DNA from: Squalus acanthias
Lineage: Eukaryota
Assembly (NCBI GenBank): GCA_030390025.1
Contig: CM059438.1
Coordinates: 58,096,001-58,160,000, forward strand
Direction: 5' to 3'
DNA length: 64,000 nt
Position numbers and translations under genes: made by a program
Notes under the pieces: model-generated
What the model saw: only the letters and a program-made list of their open reading frames with translations
The model's database searches: none
Told to the model about the DNA's origin: nothing
Shown: positions 11,508 to 24,687 of the stretch, one piece after another
Numbering within the stretch: position 1 is the stretch's first letter
Layout of the letters: each line of letters begins with the position of its first letter

Positions 11508-13927
11508 TAGAAACATAGAAACATAGGAGCAGGAGTAGGCCATTCGGCCCTTCGAGCCTGCTCCGCCATTCAATATGATCATGGCTGATCCTGTATCTCA
11601 ATACCATATTCCTGCTCTCTCACCATACTCCTTGATGCCTTTTGTGTCTAGAAATCTATCTATCTCCTTCTTAAATATATTCAGTGACTTGACCTCCACA
11701 GCCTTCTGTGGTAGAGAATTCCACAGGTTCACCACCTCTGAGTAAAGAAATTCCTCCTCATCTCAGTCCTAAATGTCCTACCCTGTATCCTGAGACTGTG
11801 ACCCCTTGTTCTCGACCCCCCAGCCAGGGGAAACATCCTCCCTGCATCCAGTCTGTCTAGCCCTGTTAGAATTTTATACGTTTCAATGAGATCCCCTCTC
11901 ATTCTTCTAAACTCTACTGAATACAGGCCTAATCGACCCAATCTCTCCTCATACGACAGTCGTGCCATCCCAGGAATCAGTCTGGTGAACCTTCGCTGCA
12001 CTCACTCTATGGCAAGTATATCCTTTCTTAGGTAAGGAGACCAAAACTGCACACAGTACTCCAGGTGTGGTCTTACCAAGGCCCTGTACAACTGGAGTAA
12101 GACATCCTTGCTCCTGTACTCAAATCCTCTTGCAATGAAGGCCAACATACCATTTGCCTTCCTAACTTCTTGCTGCACCTGCATATTTGCTTTCAGTGAC
12201 TGGTGTACAATGACACCCAGGTCTCTTTGTACATCAGCATTTCCCAATCTAGCACCATTTAAATAATACTCTACCTTTCTGTTTTTCCTACCGAAGTGGA
12301 TAACTTCACATTTATCCACATTATACTACATCTGACACGTATTTGCCCACTCACTCAACTTGTCTAAATCGCCTTGAAGCCTCTTTGCATCCTCCTCACA
12401 ACTCACAATCCCACCTAGTTTTGTGTCGTCTGCAAACTTGGAAATATTACATTTGGTTCCCTCATCCAAATCATTGATATATATTGTGAATAGCTGGGGC
12501 CCAAGCACTGATCCCTGCGGTACCCCACTAGTCACCGCCTGCCACCCCGAAAAAGACCCATTTATTCCTACTCTCTGTTTCCTGTCTGTTAACCAAATGT
12601 CAATCCATGCCAGTATATTACCCCCAATCCCATGTGCTTTAATTTTGCACACTAACCTCTTATGAGGGACTTTATCAAAGGCCTTCTGAAAATCCAAATA
12701 CACCACATCCACTGGTTCTCCCTTATCTATTCTACCAGTTACCTCCTCAAATACTCCAGTAGGTTTGTCAAACACGATTTCCCTTTCATAAATCCATGTT
12801 GACTTTGTCTAATCCCGTTGATATTTTCTAAGTGTTCTGTTATCACATCCTTTATAATAGACTCTAGCATTTTTCCTACTACTGATGTTAGACTAACCGG
12901 TCTGTAGTTCCCTGTTTTTTCTCTCCCTCCTTTTTTAAATAGTGGGGTTACATTTGCCACCCTCAAATCGGCAGGAACTGTTCCATAATCTATAGAATTT
13001 TGGAAGATGACAACCAATGCATCCACTATTTCCATGGATACTTCTTTTAGTACTCTGGGATGCAGATTATCAGGCCCTGGGGATTTATCAGCTTTCAGTC
13101 CCATTAATTTCTCCAGCACTCTTTTTTTACTAATACTAATTTCCTTTAATTCCTCCTTCTCATTGGACCCTTGGTTCCCTAGCATTTCTGGGAAGTTATT
13201 TGTATCCTCTTCCGTGAAGACAGAACCAAAGTATTTGTTTAATTTGCGCTGCCATTTCCTTGTTCCCCATTATAAATTCTCCCGTTTCTGACTGTAAGGG
13301 ACCTACATTTGTCTTCACTAATCCTTTTCTTTTTACATACTTGTAGAAGCTTTTACAATCCGTTTTTATGTTCCTTGCAAATTTACTCTCATACTCTATT
13401 TTTCCCCTCTTAATCAATCTCTTGGTCCTTTTTTGCTGAACTCTAAACTGCTCCCAATCCTCAGGCTTGCTACTTTTTCTGGCAACTTTATATGACTCCT
13501 CTTCAGATCTAATACTCTCCTTAATTTCTTTTGTTAGGCATGGTTGGGCCACTTTTCCTTTTGTGTTTTTGCGCCAGAAAGGAATGTATAACTGTTGCAG
13601 TTCATGCATTCATTCCTTAAATGTTAGCCATTGCCTATCCACCGTCATGCCTTTTAATGAAGCTCCCCAATCGATCATAGCCAACTCACTCCTCATACCA
13701 TTGTAGTTTCCTTTGTTTAGATTTAGGACCCTAGTTTCGGATTGGACTTCTTCACTTTCCGTTTTAATGAAGAATTCTATCATGTTATGGTCACTCTTCC
13801 TTAAAGGACCCTGCACAACAAGATTATTAATTAACCCCTTCTCATTGCACAATACCCAATCTAGCATAGCCTGTTCCCGAGTTGGCTCCTCAACGTACTG
13901 GTCTAAAAAACCATCTCGTACACACTT
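11508..13927 (-). mobile_element. CR1 LINE, 5'-truncated, frameshifted ORF2
   Basis: Minus ORFs from 13867 to 11729 with SDH, DKSPGPD, FADD, RRMRGDLIE; (TTTCTATG)n tail at 11508. Confidence 0.93.
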
Positions 13928-14467
13928 GTGAAGTATTTAAACCTCGTGCTGAATTGAAGAGAGGTGCTGGGGGTTATGCAGTTGCCACTCACTAACATGT
14001 TCCACTTCATTCCACATGGTCCTGACTGCTGTATTGGCAGGATTCTTGACATTCAGTTCCACTATTCCATCTCCCACCCCCCCCCTCCCCACCAACCAAA
14101 TGTCAGTCCGAATCATACTTAGGTCACTCTCTGAGAAGTTTACATTTTTTCCCTGGTAGCCCTAACCTTCCACTACAACCATCCAGCTTACCAGCAGCTG
14201 AACTGTTGGGCCTCAAATGACCGATTTTCCCCAGGCCGTGTCCTCCTTCTCCCCAAAAGGACATTTTGGCCTCCATGGGCCAGCAGCTGTTTACATGGTG
14301 TTGGCACATGAAATCTCATGTCTTCCCAGTACTTAATGAGCAACACGACATGTAAATATTCAAATGAGCTGACCTTGTGGTATCAGACAAGGTCAGTTTA
14401 TTTCTGTGCAGATGCAAACATCACCTAAAGAGCAGTGGTCCAGGTGGCACTGTGCTGGGATCGTAAT

Positions 14468-14578
14468 AAAAGAAAGAAAGACTTGCATTTATAATAGCAC
14501 CTTTCACAACCTCAGGATGTCCCAAAGTGCTTTACAGCCAATGAAGTACTTTTGAAATGTAGTTACTGTTGTAATGTA
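14468..14578 (-). mobile_element. 3' tail fragment of Deu-SINE/L2-type element
   Basis: Reverse complement matches the tail at about 54930-55030. Confidence 0.6.
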
Positions 14579-14680
14579 TCACTTCTTTAGTGTCTCTATC
14601 AAGTAATGTTTAATTACTGTTATCAATGAATTCCAATTTTCTTTTTAGCCCCATCATTGTTTTTCTTCTGTTTATTGAAG

Positions 14681-14805
14681 ATACTTAAATAATGATTTGC
14701 TGAATGGAGACCTGAAGGACTGTGTGCAATTGGATACAAGGACAGGACTATTAACGGACACTCTCTGCTCAGAAGAAAAACGTTTTGTTTGTAAATCCAG
14801 CCAAT
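14681..14805 (+). CDS. Host gene coding exon A: C-terminal part of a C-type lectin-like domain (YLNNDLLNGDLKDCVQLDTRTGLLTDTLCSEEKRFVCKSSQ)
   Basis: Polypyrimidine tract and ag acceptor, gtaagt donor at 14806, phase 2 to 1; DCV..G..D..C..FVC pattern typical of CTLD ends. Confidence 0.85.
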
Positions 14806-15091
14806 GTAAGTACAGGGGATTGGGAGAATTTGCATTGGCATATTTTGGGTAGAGCCCCACTGAAACTCTGCTGCAAACATGCCAATAGCAAATAGCATGT
14901 ACAGGGTTTTCAATGGTGCTGTATTGTTTATGCCACATAATCATTTTTTGTAAACGAAGTTCTACTCAATAAAACTAAAGGGGGAGTTTTAGCTCCCGCG
15001 TGGGAAACAGGTGGGATGTGCAGACTGCCCACCCAGGTGCTGCAGTGGGAGGCCCGATCCATTTTAATGGATAGGCCTTGTTAACATCATG

Positions 15092-15892
15092 TTAATATTT
15101 GATATATATAAATGACCTGGATATTGGAATACAGAGTAGAATTTCTAAATTTGCCGATGACACCAAACTTGGGGGTGTGGCAAACAGTGAGGATGATACC
15201 AATCGACTGCAACAGGACATAGAAAGGCTAGCAGAATGGGCAGACAAGTAGCAGATGGAATTTAATACAGAGAAGTGTGAGGTGATGCATTTTGGCAGAA
15301 GGAACAGGGAGAGGCAATATACATTTAATGGCACAGTTTTAAAGAGTGTGCAGGGATAGACGGACCTGGGAGTTAATGTGCATAGGTCCCTGAAGGTGAC
15401 AGGACATATTGAGAGAGTGGTTAGTAAAGCATATGGGATCTTGGGCTTCATAAATAGAGGTATTGAGTACAAAAGTAGAGAAGTTATGCTGAACCTTTAT
15501 AAAGCGCTGGTTAGGCCACAACTGGAGTATTGCGTCCAGTTCTGGTCACCACACTTTAGGAAGGATGTGAAGGCCCTTGAGAGGGTGCAGAGGAGATTTA
15601 CCAGAATGGTTCCAGGGATGGGGGATCTTAGCTACAAGGACAGGGTGGAGAAGCTGGATTTGTTTTCATTAGAGCAAAGGAGGTTGCGGAGTGATTTGAT
15701 AGAGGTGTACAAGATTATGATGGGTTTGGGTAGGCTAGACAGGGAAAGGCTGTTCCCACTAGTTGATGGTACAAGGACTAGGGGACACAGATTTAAGGTT
15801 TTGGGCAAGCGATACAGGAGGGATGTGAGGAAAAACTTTTTTACGCAGCGAGTGGTGAGGACCTGGAACTCGCTGCCGACGGAAGTGGTGGA
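15092..15892 (+). mobile_element. CR1 RT C-terminal fragment
   Basis: KFADDTKLGG, LVRPQLEYCVQFWSP, FFTQRVV. Confidence 0.9.
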
Positions 15893-16331
15893 CCACCGGG
15901 GAACGGGGTGGTGGGAAATCAGCCCGGCACTCAAGAGGAGTGCTGGGCTGAGCGATCGCGGCTGGCACCCCGAAGAAAAAAGGGGAAGGGGGCAGGTGCT
16001 GGCAGTCGGCCAAAAAAAATGGCCACCGGACACCTGCCCTTTAAGTTGCGCTGCCGCAGCTAGAAAATGCCACCCTGACCATGTCGGACATATTGTCCGG
16101 CGATAGGACAGAGGACGCAACCAAAGTTTGCGGCCAGGGCGCAGGCGGGGCACCAACGCCGGCGGCGCAGCGCCTCAAGGTGCTACCGGCTACCACCACC
16201 GCTAACCTCCCGCTGAATTTCGCTAACGGGAGGCGCAAAGCAACCCAATTTTTCCCCCTTAGTCTTAAGTTTATTTCTGTAAGTTAGTTAATAGTCAAAT
16301 AAATAGAGGCACGGCAGGAGACCTCAGTCCC

Positions 16332-17169
16332 ATGGAATGTACATCCTGTGCCATGTGGGAAATCCAGGATGCTTCCCGTGTCCTGGACAACCATATGTGC
16401 AGGAAGTGTCGTCGGCTGGAGGAGCTCGAGCTCCGGGTTTCGGAGCTTGAGCAGTAGCTGGCGTCACTGTGGTGCATCCGTGAGGCTGAGAGCTACGTGG
16501 ATAGCAAGTTTCAGGAGGTGGTCACCCCGCAGTGTAAGAGTGTGCAGGCAGAAAGGGAATGGGTGATCATCAGACAGACAAGGAGGACCAGGCAGGTAAT
16601 GCAGGAGTCCCTTGAGTGCATCTCGCTCTCCAACCAGTACTGTGGGGAGTACAGCCAGAGCCAAGTCCACGGCACCATGGGTGGCTCAGTTGTACTAGAG
16701 GGGAGGAGGAAGATTGGGAAGGTAATAATGGTAGGGGGTTTTGATAGTTAGGGGAACAGACCAGCGTTTCTGCGGCCGCAGACGTGATTCCAAGATGATA
16801 TGTTGCCTCCCTGGTGCCAGGGTCAAGGATGTCACTGAGCGGCAGCAGAACATTCTAAGAGGGGAGGGTGAACAGCCAGAGGTCGTGGTCAATATCAGTA
16901 CCAACGACATAGGTAGAAAAAGGGATGAATTCCTGCATGCAGATTTTCGGGAGCTAGGAAAGAGATTAAAAAGCAGTGAATACAGAAATAGGAGGATAGA
17001 GCAGATGAACGCGTGGCTGGAGAGATGGTGCAGGAGGGAGGGCTTCAGATTCCTGGGGCATTGGGAGAGGTGAGACCTGTACAGGCTGGACGGGTTGCAC
17101 TTCAACAGAGCCGGTACCAACATCCTCGTGGGGAGGTTTGCTAATGCTGTCGGGGAGGGTTTAAACTAA
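16332..17169 (+). pseudogene. CR1 ORF1 relic: Cys-rich zinc finger, coiled coil and SGNH esterase
   Basis: MECTSCAMW..CRKC..LELRVSELE; IVRG..CLPGARV..STND..DGLH, with stops and frameshifts. Confidence 0.85.
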
Positions 17170-17577
17170 TTTGGCAGGGGGATGGGCACCAGGATGTAGC
17201 ATTAGAAAGGAGAAACAAAGTGCACAAAGGATTGGGAAAGACAGATAGCACTAGAGTAAGAAGATTAAGAGAGAATACAAGAAGGTCTAAGACAGGTTTA
17301 CAGTGCATGTGTGTAAATGCACGAAGTGTGGTAAATAAGGTTGGAGAGCTTCAGGCGCAAATAGCCAGATGGGAATATGATGTCATGGCGATAACGGAGA
17401 CCTGGCTCAAAAAAGGGCAGGATTGGGTTTTAAATATTCCTGGATATAAGGTGTGCATGAAAAATAGGGAAGGAAAGAAAGGAGGTGGGGGGGCTGTATT
17501 GGTTAAGGAGTGCTGGAGAGAGAGGATGTCCTGGAGGGATCAAGGACAGAACTATTTGGTTAAAGTTAAGAAATAAT

Positions 17578-18321
17578 GGCCCAGAAATTGATCTCGCTCT
17601 GTTCCCGCGGGGGTAAGCCTTCCCCGCGATCTCTCACTCCGCTTGTGCTTTTTCAGATCCAGCTCGCACGAACTTGATGTTCCAGACATCAGCTGGGCAG
17701 TGCTTGCGTATCCCACCGGCGTAGTGAATTCGTGCGAGCTGTGGGATCACGTGACTCAGTTAGAGCCAATGGCAGCACACCATCTTCCATTCATAAGTTT
17801 CACATACGTGCTGTGAAATCTATGAATCTTACACCCCCCCAAAATAACAGCTAAACCTCAATTAAATTTTTTTTAAAAACCATCACATTAATAAAATAAG
17901 TATAGTTAAATAAATTAACCATTTTAAATAAAAAATTAAATTTTTGAAAATTTTTTAAATCTTTTAAAAAGTTGTAAAAATAAACTTACCTGTCTTTAAA
18001 GTCTCTAAAAAAGATATACCTGTTAAAAAAAATTCAAAAAAATACTTAATTCACTACTTACCTTGTTAAAAGTGGGTCTTACTCCTCCTTTTTCCATTTC
18101 TAAAATCTTCAGTACTTACCTGCGCGTCCAAAGCATGAAGTGCACAGCGTGCGCGCAGCCTGTAGCGCGCACGCGATGCACCGAGGAACCGCCCCCTTTT
18201 CAAAAGAGCAATTGCCGGTTTTCAGCGCATGCACAGGGCATGCAGAAAACCGGCAATTGCAGAGGGAATACGCGAGAGTACGCACTGCGTACTCTCGCGC
18301 ACCGGGATGAATTTTTGGCCC
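17578..18321. mobile_element. Non-autonomous DNA transposon (Harbinger-like MITE, AT-rich core)
   Basis: Ends ggcccagaaatt and aatttttggccc; aat/att flanks; host CR1 LRNN-RG rejoins; related copy ends at 57445. Confidence 0.75.
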
Positions 18322-18369
18322 ATTAGAGGTACCATTACACTACTAGGTGCATTCTGTAGGCCGCCAACT

Positions 18370-19356
18370 TTTTTTTTATTCGTTCATGGGATGTGGGTGT
18401 CGCTGGCAAGGCCAGCATTTATTGCCCATCCCTAATTGCCCTTGAGAAGGTGGTGGTGAGCCGCTTTCTTGAACCGCTGCAGTCCGTGTGGTGAAGGTAC
18501 TCCCACAGTGCTGGTAGGGAGGGAGTTCCAGGATTTTGACCCAGCGACGATGAAGGAACGGCGATATACTTCCAAGTCAGGAGGGTGAGTGAATTGGAGG
18601 ACAACTTGGAGGTGGTGGTGTTTCCATGCGCCTGCTGCCCTTGTCCTTCTAGGTGGAAGAGGTCGCGGGTTTGGGTAGGTGCTGCCAAAGAAGCCTTGGC
18701 GAGTTGCAGCAGTACATCTTGTAGATGGTACACACTGCAGCCACGGTACGCCAGTGGTGGAGGGAGTGAATGCTTAAGGTGGTGGATGGGGTGCCAATGA
18801 AGCGGGCGGCTTTGTTCTGGATGATGTCGAGCTTCTTGAGTGTTGTTGGAGCTGCACTCATCCAGGCAAGTGGAGAGAATTCCATCACACTCCTTACTTG
18901 TGCCTTGTAGATGGTGGAAAGGCTTTGGGGAGTCAGGGGGTGAGGCCCTTGCCACAGAATACCTCGCCTCTGACCTGCTCTTGTTGCCACAGTATTTATG
19001 TGGCTGGTCCAGTTAAGTTTCTGGTTAATGGTGACCCCCAGGATGTTGATGGTGGAGGATTCGGCGATGGTAATGCCTTTGAATGTCAAGGGGCGATGGT
19101 TAGACTCTCTCTCTTGTTGGAGATAGTCATTGCCTGGCACTTGTGTGGCACGAATATTACCTGCCACTTATCAGCCCAAGCCTGAATGTCGTCCAGGTTT
19201 TGTTGCATGCGGGCATGGACTGCTTCATTATCTGAGGAGTTGTGAATGGCACTGAACACTGTTTAGTTATCAGCGAACATCCCCATTTCTGACCTTCTGT
19301 TGGAGGGAAGGTCATTGGTGAAGCAGCTGAAGATGGTTGGGCCTCGGACACTGCCC
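18370..19356 (-). mobile_element. 5'-truncated CR1-group LINE of a distinct family with poly(A) tail
   Basis: MFAD.., WTSHINTVATRAGQ, IYKAQVRSVME; T-run at 18370; host RPPT-SGKD rejoins. Confidence 0.85.
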
Positions 19357-20235
19357 TAGTGGGAAAGATATAGAGGAGCAAATTTGCAGGAAAATTACAG
19401 AGAGGTGCAAGAACTATAGAGTAGTAATAATGGGGGACTTCAATTATCTTAATATAGACTGGGATAATAATAGTGTAAAGGGAATAGATGGGAAAGAATT
19501 TCTGAAGTGTGTTCATGAGAACTTTCTTGATCAATACGTTACTGGCCCAATGAGGCATTGCTGGGTCTGGTTCTGGGGAATGAGGTGGGTCAAGTGGAGC
19601 AAGTGTCAGTAGGGGAACATTTAGGGAACAGTGATCATAGTATCATAAGGTTTAGATTAGCTATGGAAAAGGACAGGGAGCAATCTAGAGTAAAAGTACT
19701 TAATTGGATGAAGGCAAATTTCAGTGGGTTGAGAACGGATCTGGCCCAGGTAAATTGGAATCAAAGATTGGCAGGCAAAACTGTAATAGAACAATGGGCT
19801 GCCTTTAAAGAGGAGATGGTTCAGGTACAGTCGAGGTACATTCCCATGAGAGGGAAAGATAGGCAACTAAAGCCAGAGCTCCCTGGTTGACGAAAGAGAT
19901 TGAGAGTAAGATGAAGCAGAAAAAAGACGTGTATGACAGATATCAGGTTGAGAATACAAGTGAGAATCAGGCTGAATATAGAAAGATCAGAGGGGAAGTG
20001 AAAAAGGAACTAAGAGGGGCAAAGAGATTATGAGAATAGATTGGCAGCTCACATAAAAGGTAATTCAAAAGTCTTCTATAGGCATATAAATAATAAACGG
20101 GTAGTAAGAGGAGGGGTGGGGCCAATTAGGGACCAAAAAGGAGACCTACACATGGAGGCAGAGGGCATGGCTGAGATACTAAATGAGTACTTTGCATCTG
20201 TCTTCACCAAGGAAGAAGATGCTGCCAAAGTCATA

Positions 20236-21081
20236 GGGCTGGTTTTTGAATCTGGGGTCGGGTTGGTGTCGGGAATCACACATTCTGGCTTGTGAACCCG
20301 CCTCCATCGAGATGTGGCCAACCCACTGTATTTTCCCTTGATTGACCTTGTTGAGCCCGCCCAGTGGGCTCAGCAGGCCAATTAAGGGCCACCCGACAAC
20401 AGGTGACGTCACAGATTGACATTTCATCTGTCAAGAGCTTTTGACAGATGAAATATCAGCGTTTGACAGCTCTGAGAAGCTGTCAAACACTCACAATATG
20501 ATTTCTAACTTCAGTCCTTCCTCTCAGGCTGAGTTAGAAATCATTCCACCACAGAAAACAGAAGGCTGAGGTTTTTGACAGAACCACAGCTTTCCTGCTT
20601 TCTGTGCCGGTGAGATTTCTAACTCCCGAGAACTGAAGGGCTGACACCTGCAGGAGGAAGTTAAGGTAAGTAAAACTTTTTCCCACACTTAGCACTTACC
20701 TTACACACTTACCTCTGCACACATGCACCCATCACTCACCTGCCCACCGGACATATCGACCCCTCCAACCCCTGCAGACCCACGGCCCGCCCCGATAACA
20801 TGGCGTGGTTGCCACCTGTTGGGAAGCCCACATTTCAGCAATGAAAATAGGGATTATGCAAAAAACTGCCTGTTAACTACCTGTTAACAGGCAGTTAATT
20901 GTCACTAATCCCTTCCCACCTCGGGGAGTCGGGTCTCAGCACAGGTCGGGTACCCGCCGCCAGAGAAACTGGCATGGAGGCGGGTTGGAGGTGGGATGGG
21001 GTCGGGACCCCCGAATCTGCAACTTTAACCCCCCCCCCCCGCCTCCAAACCCGACTCCATGGGTCATTGAAAATCCAGCCC
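20236..21081. mobile_element. Harbinger MITE, hairpin-array family, copy A
   Basis: TIRs gggctggttttt / aaaatccagccc; ATA TSD at 20233-20235 and 21082-21084; host CR1 AKV-I-VNEE rejoins. Confidence 0.92.
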
Positions 21082-22142
21082 ATAGTGAACGAGGAGATAG
21101 TGGAGTTACTGAATGAGATTAAAATTGATAAAGAGGAGTTACTAGAAAGGCTGTCTGAACTTAAAGTTGATTAGTCACCAGGACTGGATGGAATGCATCC
21201 TAGGATGCTGAGGGAGGTTAAGGAGGAAATCGCGAAGGTACTCGCCATAATCTTCCAATCCTCCTTAGATACGGGGGGTGGTGCCAGAGGACTGGAGAAT
21301 TGCAAATGTTACACCCTTGTTCAAAAACGGGTGTAAGGATAAACCCAGCAACTACAGGCCAGTCAGTTTAACCTTGGTAGTGGGGAAGCTTTTGGAAACG
21401 ATAATCAGGGACAAAGTTAACAGTCACTTGGAAAAGTGTGGATTAATTAAGGAAAATGAGCATGGAATTTTTAAAGGCAAATCGTGTTTAACGAATTTGA
21501 TTGAGTTTTTTGATAAGGTAACAGGGAGGGTTGATGAGGGCAATGCGGTTGACGTGGTATACATGGACTTCCAAAAGGCATTTGATAAAGTGTCACATAA
21601 TAGGCTTACCAGCAAAGTTGAAGCCCATGGAATAAAAAGGACAGTGGTAGCATGGATACGAAATTGGCTAAGTGACAGGAAACAGCGAGTAGTGGTGAAC
21701 GGTTATTTTTCAGACTGGAGGAAGATGTACAGTGGTGTTTCCCAGGGGTCAGTATTAGGACCACTGCTTTTCTTGATATATATTAATGACTTGGACTTGG
21801 GAGTACAGGGCGCAATTTCAAAATTTGCAGATGACACAAAACTTGGAGGTAGAGTGAACAGTGAGGAGGATAGTGATAGACTTCAAGAAGACATAGACAG
21901 GCTGGTGGAATGGGCAGACACGTGGCAGATGAAACTAAACGCAGAAAAGTGTGAAGTGATATTTTTTGGTAGGAAGAACGAGGAGAGGCAATATAAACTA
22001 AAGGGTACAATCCTAAAGTGGGTGCATGAACAGAGAGACCTGGGGGTATACGTGCACAAATCATTGGCAGGGCAGTTTGAGAAAGGTTGAGAAAGCGGTT
22101 AAAAAAGCATACAGGATACTGGACTTCTAAAATAGAGGCATA

Positions 22143-22559
22143 GGGCTGGATTTTGAATGACCCATGGAGTCGGGTTTGGAGGCGTGTGGGGGGTTAAATT
22201 TGCGGGGTCAGGGTTTCCGACCCCATCCCAACTCCATCCCGCCTCCACGCAATTTTGACATAATCAGTCGCGGGGTTCCTGACTCCGTCCCGCCTTCAAG
22301 AGGCGGGAGAGGCCATTAAAGCCCTTAACAAGCTCTAAATTGGTTCTGTAATGCCATTTTGAAATGCTGTAGCTAGTTTAACCCTCTTCTGACGTGAAGC
22401 CTGGCGGGAGCACAAGTGGATAGCTGACTATCGGCTGCAGGTCCACTATTACAATGGAGATGTGATGAAGGTAGTAGTAGTATTAGGTCTGAACGCCGCC
22501 TCTGATGCTGCTGCATTGAATGTCTTCAGAGACTGCCTGGGAGGACTTCCTTGGTAAAA

Positions 22560-22590
<31 letters not shown>

Positions 22591-22879
22591 GTCCTCTACA
22601 CCACCACCCCTCATTTTTGCATCCAGGTCTCACGTCAAAAGCCAGGCAGGTCCTCTCTCACCAACAGTCTCTGAGACTAGCCAGTCAGCAATGATGACAT
22701 CATCAGAGGTGGCTTTCAGACTGAAAACACTAATTAGTTCATGGGTTCCCACATGCTCCAACTCAATTGCCCAATTAAGTGAAAATTGCATCAGGCATCC
22801 ACATTAATCTGGAGTCGGGGGGGAAACACGAAATGCGGATTACACGACCCCAACCCGACCCCAAGACAAAATCCAGCCC
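22143..22879. mobile_element. Harbinger MITE, internal-deletion relative of the 41911-46163 element
   Basis: TIRs gggctggatttt / aaaatccagccc; ATA TSD; both subterminal regions align with about 41911-42250 and 45975-46163; (CT)n inside. Confidence 0.92.
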
Positions 22880-23493
22880 ATAGAGTACAAAAGCAAGGAA
22901 GTTATGATGAACCTTTTTAAAAAACTGGTTCGGCCTCAACTGGAGTATTGTGTCCAATTCTGGGCACTGCACTTTAGCAAGGATGTGCAGGCCTTAGAGA
23001 GGATGCAGAAAAGATTTAGGAGAATGATTCCAGGGATGAGGGACTTTAGTTACATGGATAGACTAGAGAAGCTGGGGTTGTTCTCCTTAGAGCAGAGAAG
23101 GTTGAGAGGAGATTTGATAGAGGTATTCAAAATCATGAGGGGTCTAGACAGAGTAGATTGCGAGAAACTGTTCCCATTGGCGGAAGGGTCGAGAACCAGA
23201 GGACACAGATTCAAGATGGTTGGCAAAAAAAACAAAGTTGACATGAGGGAAAGCTTTTTTATGCAGCGAGTGGTTCGGATCTGGAATGCACTGCATGAAA
23301 GGGTGGTGGAGGCAGACTCAATCGTGGCTTTCAAAAGGGAATTAGATAAGTACCTGAGGGGAAAAATTTTGCAGGGCTACGGGGGAAGGGCGGGGAGTGG
23401 GACTAGCTGAAGTGCTCTTGCAGAGAGCCGGCATGGGCTCGACGGGCCAAATGGCCTCCTTCTGTGCTGTATCTATTCTCTGATTCTCTGATT

Positions 23494-23980
23494 CTTGTAA
23501 TTTGTTGCAGTCCTTCTCAGTATTGACTACCCCACCCCCCCAATTTGGTGTCATATGCAAATTTAGAAATTGTGTTTTTGATTCCAAAGTCTAAATTGTT
23601 AATATAAATTGAGAACAACAGTGGTCCCAGCACTGATCTTTGTAGAACACCACTTCCCGCCTTCTGCCACTCTGAATGGCTACCCTTTACCCCGACTCTC
23701 TGCTTTCTGTCTTGAAGCCAGCTTGCTATCCATTCTGCTACTTGTCCCCTGACTCCGCATGCTCTGACCTTATTCATTAGTCTATTATGTGGTACCTTAT
23801 CAAAGGCCTTTTGAAAATTTAGATAAATTACATCTACTCCATTACCCTTGTCTACTCTCTCTGTTACCTCTTCAAAAAATTCAGTAGGGTTGGTCAAGCA
23901 AGACTTTCCCTTTTGAAATCCATGCTGACTATTCATTATTATATTTTTGGTTTCTAGATGTTCTTCTAATTTCTCCAGTA
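23494..23980 (-). mobile_element. CR1 RT fragment
   Basis: ORF 23517-24023 [26 protein letters not shown]. Confidence 0.85.
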
Positions 23981-24687
23981 GGCATATGATCAAGTTAGGA
24001 GTAACAGCACTAAACAAAATCATGAAGTATAATAAATAGGCGGAAAAAAAGATTAGAAAGGCTTAACAAATGAATAAAGGTTGACAAATAATAGAAAAGG
24101 AAATAATAAGGACTTTTATAAGCATTTTAAAAAGTAAAGGAATAGGGGGTAGGACAACTCAGAGATAAAGGAAGGACTCTAATTGTGGAAGATCAAGGTT
24201 TGGTAGAGATATTAAATAAATATTTTGCACTGATTTTTGAAAATGATGGTGGAAATGGGAACATAGTTAAAGAGAGTATAGCAGCATGGAGGTATGAAGG
24301 AGGGAGTCTAATTGTGAAGGATGAAGGTAAGGAGGAGATATTAACTAAATATTCTGGCGTTTTACAAAAAATGGTGGAAATGAGAATGTAAGTGTACTAG
24401 AGGAGATTATGGACCAATTATTAGAGATAACTAGAAAAGGAATTTGTAGGGAAACAATTTTCAGAACTCAAGGTGGATGTTACCAGCCTCTGGTGGCATG
24501 CACCCTAAGCTGTTGAAAGAAATCAGAGAGGATATAGCAGAGGAGCTGACCACATTTTTTAATCCACCATAAATATGCACATTCTGTTGGTGAACTGGAG
24601 AGTAGCCAACATAACATCTTTGTTCAAGAAGAAGAGGATAAGTCAGATAATTATAGACTAGTTACACTAGTGTCAATTGGAGGCAAA

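Larger units (their letters stand above)
16260..23493 (+). mobile_element. Near full-length CR1 (ORF1, ORF2, 3'UTR) interrupted by four insertions
   Basis: ORF1 relic, NARS and ITETW endonuclease motifs, RT ORF 21278-22090, ORF 22904-23410, attctctg tail near 23475; host frame rejoins across the inserts. Confidence 0.9.

Noticed and set aside
5630..14680. Upstream exons encoding the first part of the lectin-like domain
   Set aside because: No candidate with a WIGL-like motif and suitable splice sites was found by eye; likely upstream of the window or missed
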